From assembly GCA_003971905.1 (NCBI GenBank), contig RSEE01000020.1, forward strand, positions 248,001 to 312,000: DNA of 64,000 nt, given 5' to 3'. Positions 62,225 to 64,000 of the stretch are shown here, in pieces. The DNA comes from Moniliella sp. 'wahieum'. Taxonomy: Eukaryota. The translations under genes were made by a program, and so were the position numbers. The notes under the pieces were generated by a model. It saw only the letters and a list, made by a program, of their open reading frames with translations. It was not told the origin of the DNA and ran no database searches. Every line of letters begins with the position of its first letter. Position 1 is the first letter of the stretch.

Positions 62225-64000
62225 CTAATGACTTCTGCGGAGGTGAAGATCCGGATGGCGATGCACTGCATCAAGAAAACGGCAAACTGCTCCGACAACT
62301 ACTAAAGCTAAGCGGTCCGGAGCCTCGGATGCTGCTCTCGGGCAGTCGACTTTGTCCGACATGATCTCTTCCCGTATTCCTTCCGGGCAAGATACACTAG
62401 ATGACATTTGGAAGTGTTCCATGTCCGAGCCATTTGAGGAGGAGCTCAACGTGATCTGTGAGGTACGTTCCTGCGTCACTCGGCAGTTTTGCTCGTTTTG
62501 CTCCTCGGGTTTACGTGTCTTTCAGGCCAATGTGACTCCGGCATCAAACCCAGAGCGGCTTCCCTTGCTCATCAACTCGCTTCGCGCTGGATCCGATTCA
62601 CTGGTCTCTATAAGTACAGACAGTATTTATTTGAGAGTCACAGGGTGTGAAGCACCAGCACGCCCCGCAGCTGGCTTTTCCTGGGGCCAAGACCGACACA
62701 CCTCCCGTTTACCACATGGACATTGTCATATGGACCTGTGAATGGAGCGGCCTTGCTCGAATGCTATGTATGATGCATCCCTTCTTGCACACCCATTCCG
62801 TGCCGTAGACCATATAACAGAACCATTAATAACGCTAATTCCACAACCACCCTTCGAATGTTGACATGGTAAAACAACACCAGCACAAAGTTGCTACTGA
62901 TGAACCTGAGCGGGTGGAGGAACGGGAATATCGGTCTCCAGTCTGGCCCGAACAGGGGCCAGCTTGAATTTGAGTCCTTGTACTCCCCGGCGCTTGATCG
63001 TACCGAAAAACCCGCCTGGAATGGCCGTGCGGCAGACGGGGCACGCTCCCACCAGGGGGTCCAACTCGTGGGCAAAGAGGCGGACACCCGAATGCGAATG
63101 CGGGTCACGCCTCCGTTGCAGATCCGCCCTTTGGGTTTGAGCGGCAAGCAAAAAGTGATCAAACGTTTGGCTCGTGTCCGTCAGGGCCCATAGGCAAGCA
63201 GACAAATGGTCCAGCACTTGGTCTACCGAGGAGGTAGCGGCTGAGGCCGACTCTAGCACTTGAATTGCCTGTTGGGCCTGGGCAACCTCCAGAACCGCTT
63301 CGATCCCATGAGGGTGAAGGGTTAGATCCAGATCCGGCGCGGCTCCCGTATTGATGATGGGTTCATGAAGCGACAGACGAGCGCCAGCCATCTTGAGTGC
63401 CTGGGAAAGAGTTGTTGCAGAAGCGAGGCGATCATATATCTTGGCTAGCTCTGCGCTGGCGTCACGAAAACAGGCCTGTATCGGAGCCAGAGGTCCAGAA
63501 GAGATGCTACCATCCCTTTCGGGACTGGCAGCACTAGCTGGGTCGCGGTGGGGAGTTTGGCCAAGGCATCAACAATTGCCTCCTCAACGGGCCCAGGCAG
63601 GGGACGTGAAGCACAATAAAAGAAGCCAAATCAGACGGTGAGATCACAGTCAAGAAAATTGCTGTCTCTCGGGAAAAAGCGGAGAACAATGCACCGTCCA
63701 CGTCCTCCGTGCACGCTACTCGAGTTCGAGCAGCCACGTCAATGAGATGGCACATAAGACGAAACCAAGGCTGATATGCACGCTCTCCTGGGTGGTTTCG
63801 CGCACCGTCGATGAGAGTTGAAAGCGCTTGCTGAGTTGCCGAACGGATTGCATCGTCCAGGATGACAGCGACCTGACTTGGAGTCAGAGAGAACGAGATG
63901 CGGCTTTGGATTGGGGTGCTGGGCCCTCCTAGCTCTGCCCGAGACGCCGACTCGGGAACACCACGAGCCATGTTGCACAGCACTGCCAAGCGCTGTTCCC
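62225..64000 (-). CDS. Hypothetical protein, likely continuing beyond the window edge
   Basis: Chain of coding-like minus-strand ORFs (63534-63989, 62894-63391, 62225-62479); no motif recognised. Confidence 0.4.

Noticed and set aside
972..64000. Apparent mass pseudogenisation or programmed frameshifting
   Set aside because: Indels affect highly conserved genes (SEC11, PKA, RPP1, EFG1) and a tRNA stem, often at homopolymers, while amino-acid motifs are intact. Sequencing error is the simpler explanation.
1..64000. CRISPR array or prokaryotic defence system
   Set aside because: No repeat-spacer periodicity or cas-like ORFs; the DNA is eukaryotic with spliceosomal introns.

Overview
Eukaryotic, GC-rich fungal genomic DNA. 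It is most consistent with a basidiomycete of smut/Ustilaginomycotina type (inferred from short GT-AG introns with CTRAC branch points, intron-containing tRNAs and gene content). Nearly every gene carries several 1-bp frameshifts, often at homopolymers, including conserved genes such as SEC11, PKA and RPP1. This points to an unpolished long-read consensus rather than true pseudogenes, so CDS coordinates are approximate. Recognisable genes: a CLK/LAMMER-like pseudokinase, a Zn2Cys6 transcription factor, SEC11, a Pho80/PCL cyclin, the PKA catalytic subunit, a coiled-coil protein, EFG1, a FUN14 protein, an Hst3/4 sirtuin, a Bem2-like RasGEF/RhoGAP, an amino-acid permease, RPP1, a peroxisomal acyl-CoA synthetase and four tRNAs. 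The most striking signal is intergenic. (1) Pervasive arrays of 7-bp-period quasi-palindromes (xyTNAy'x')n in at least a dozen sequence variants are concentrated upstream of gene starts and around transposon remnants. (2) A family of 5'-truncated RLE (CRE-like) non-LTR retroelement fragments shares its 3' tail with short elements whose head is a T-shaped double hairpin with GNA triloops on the minus strand.
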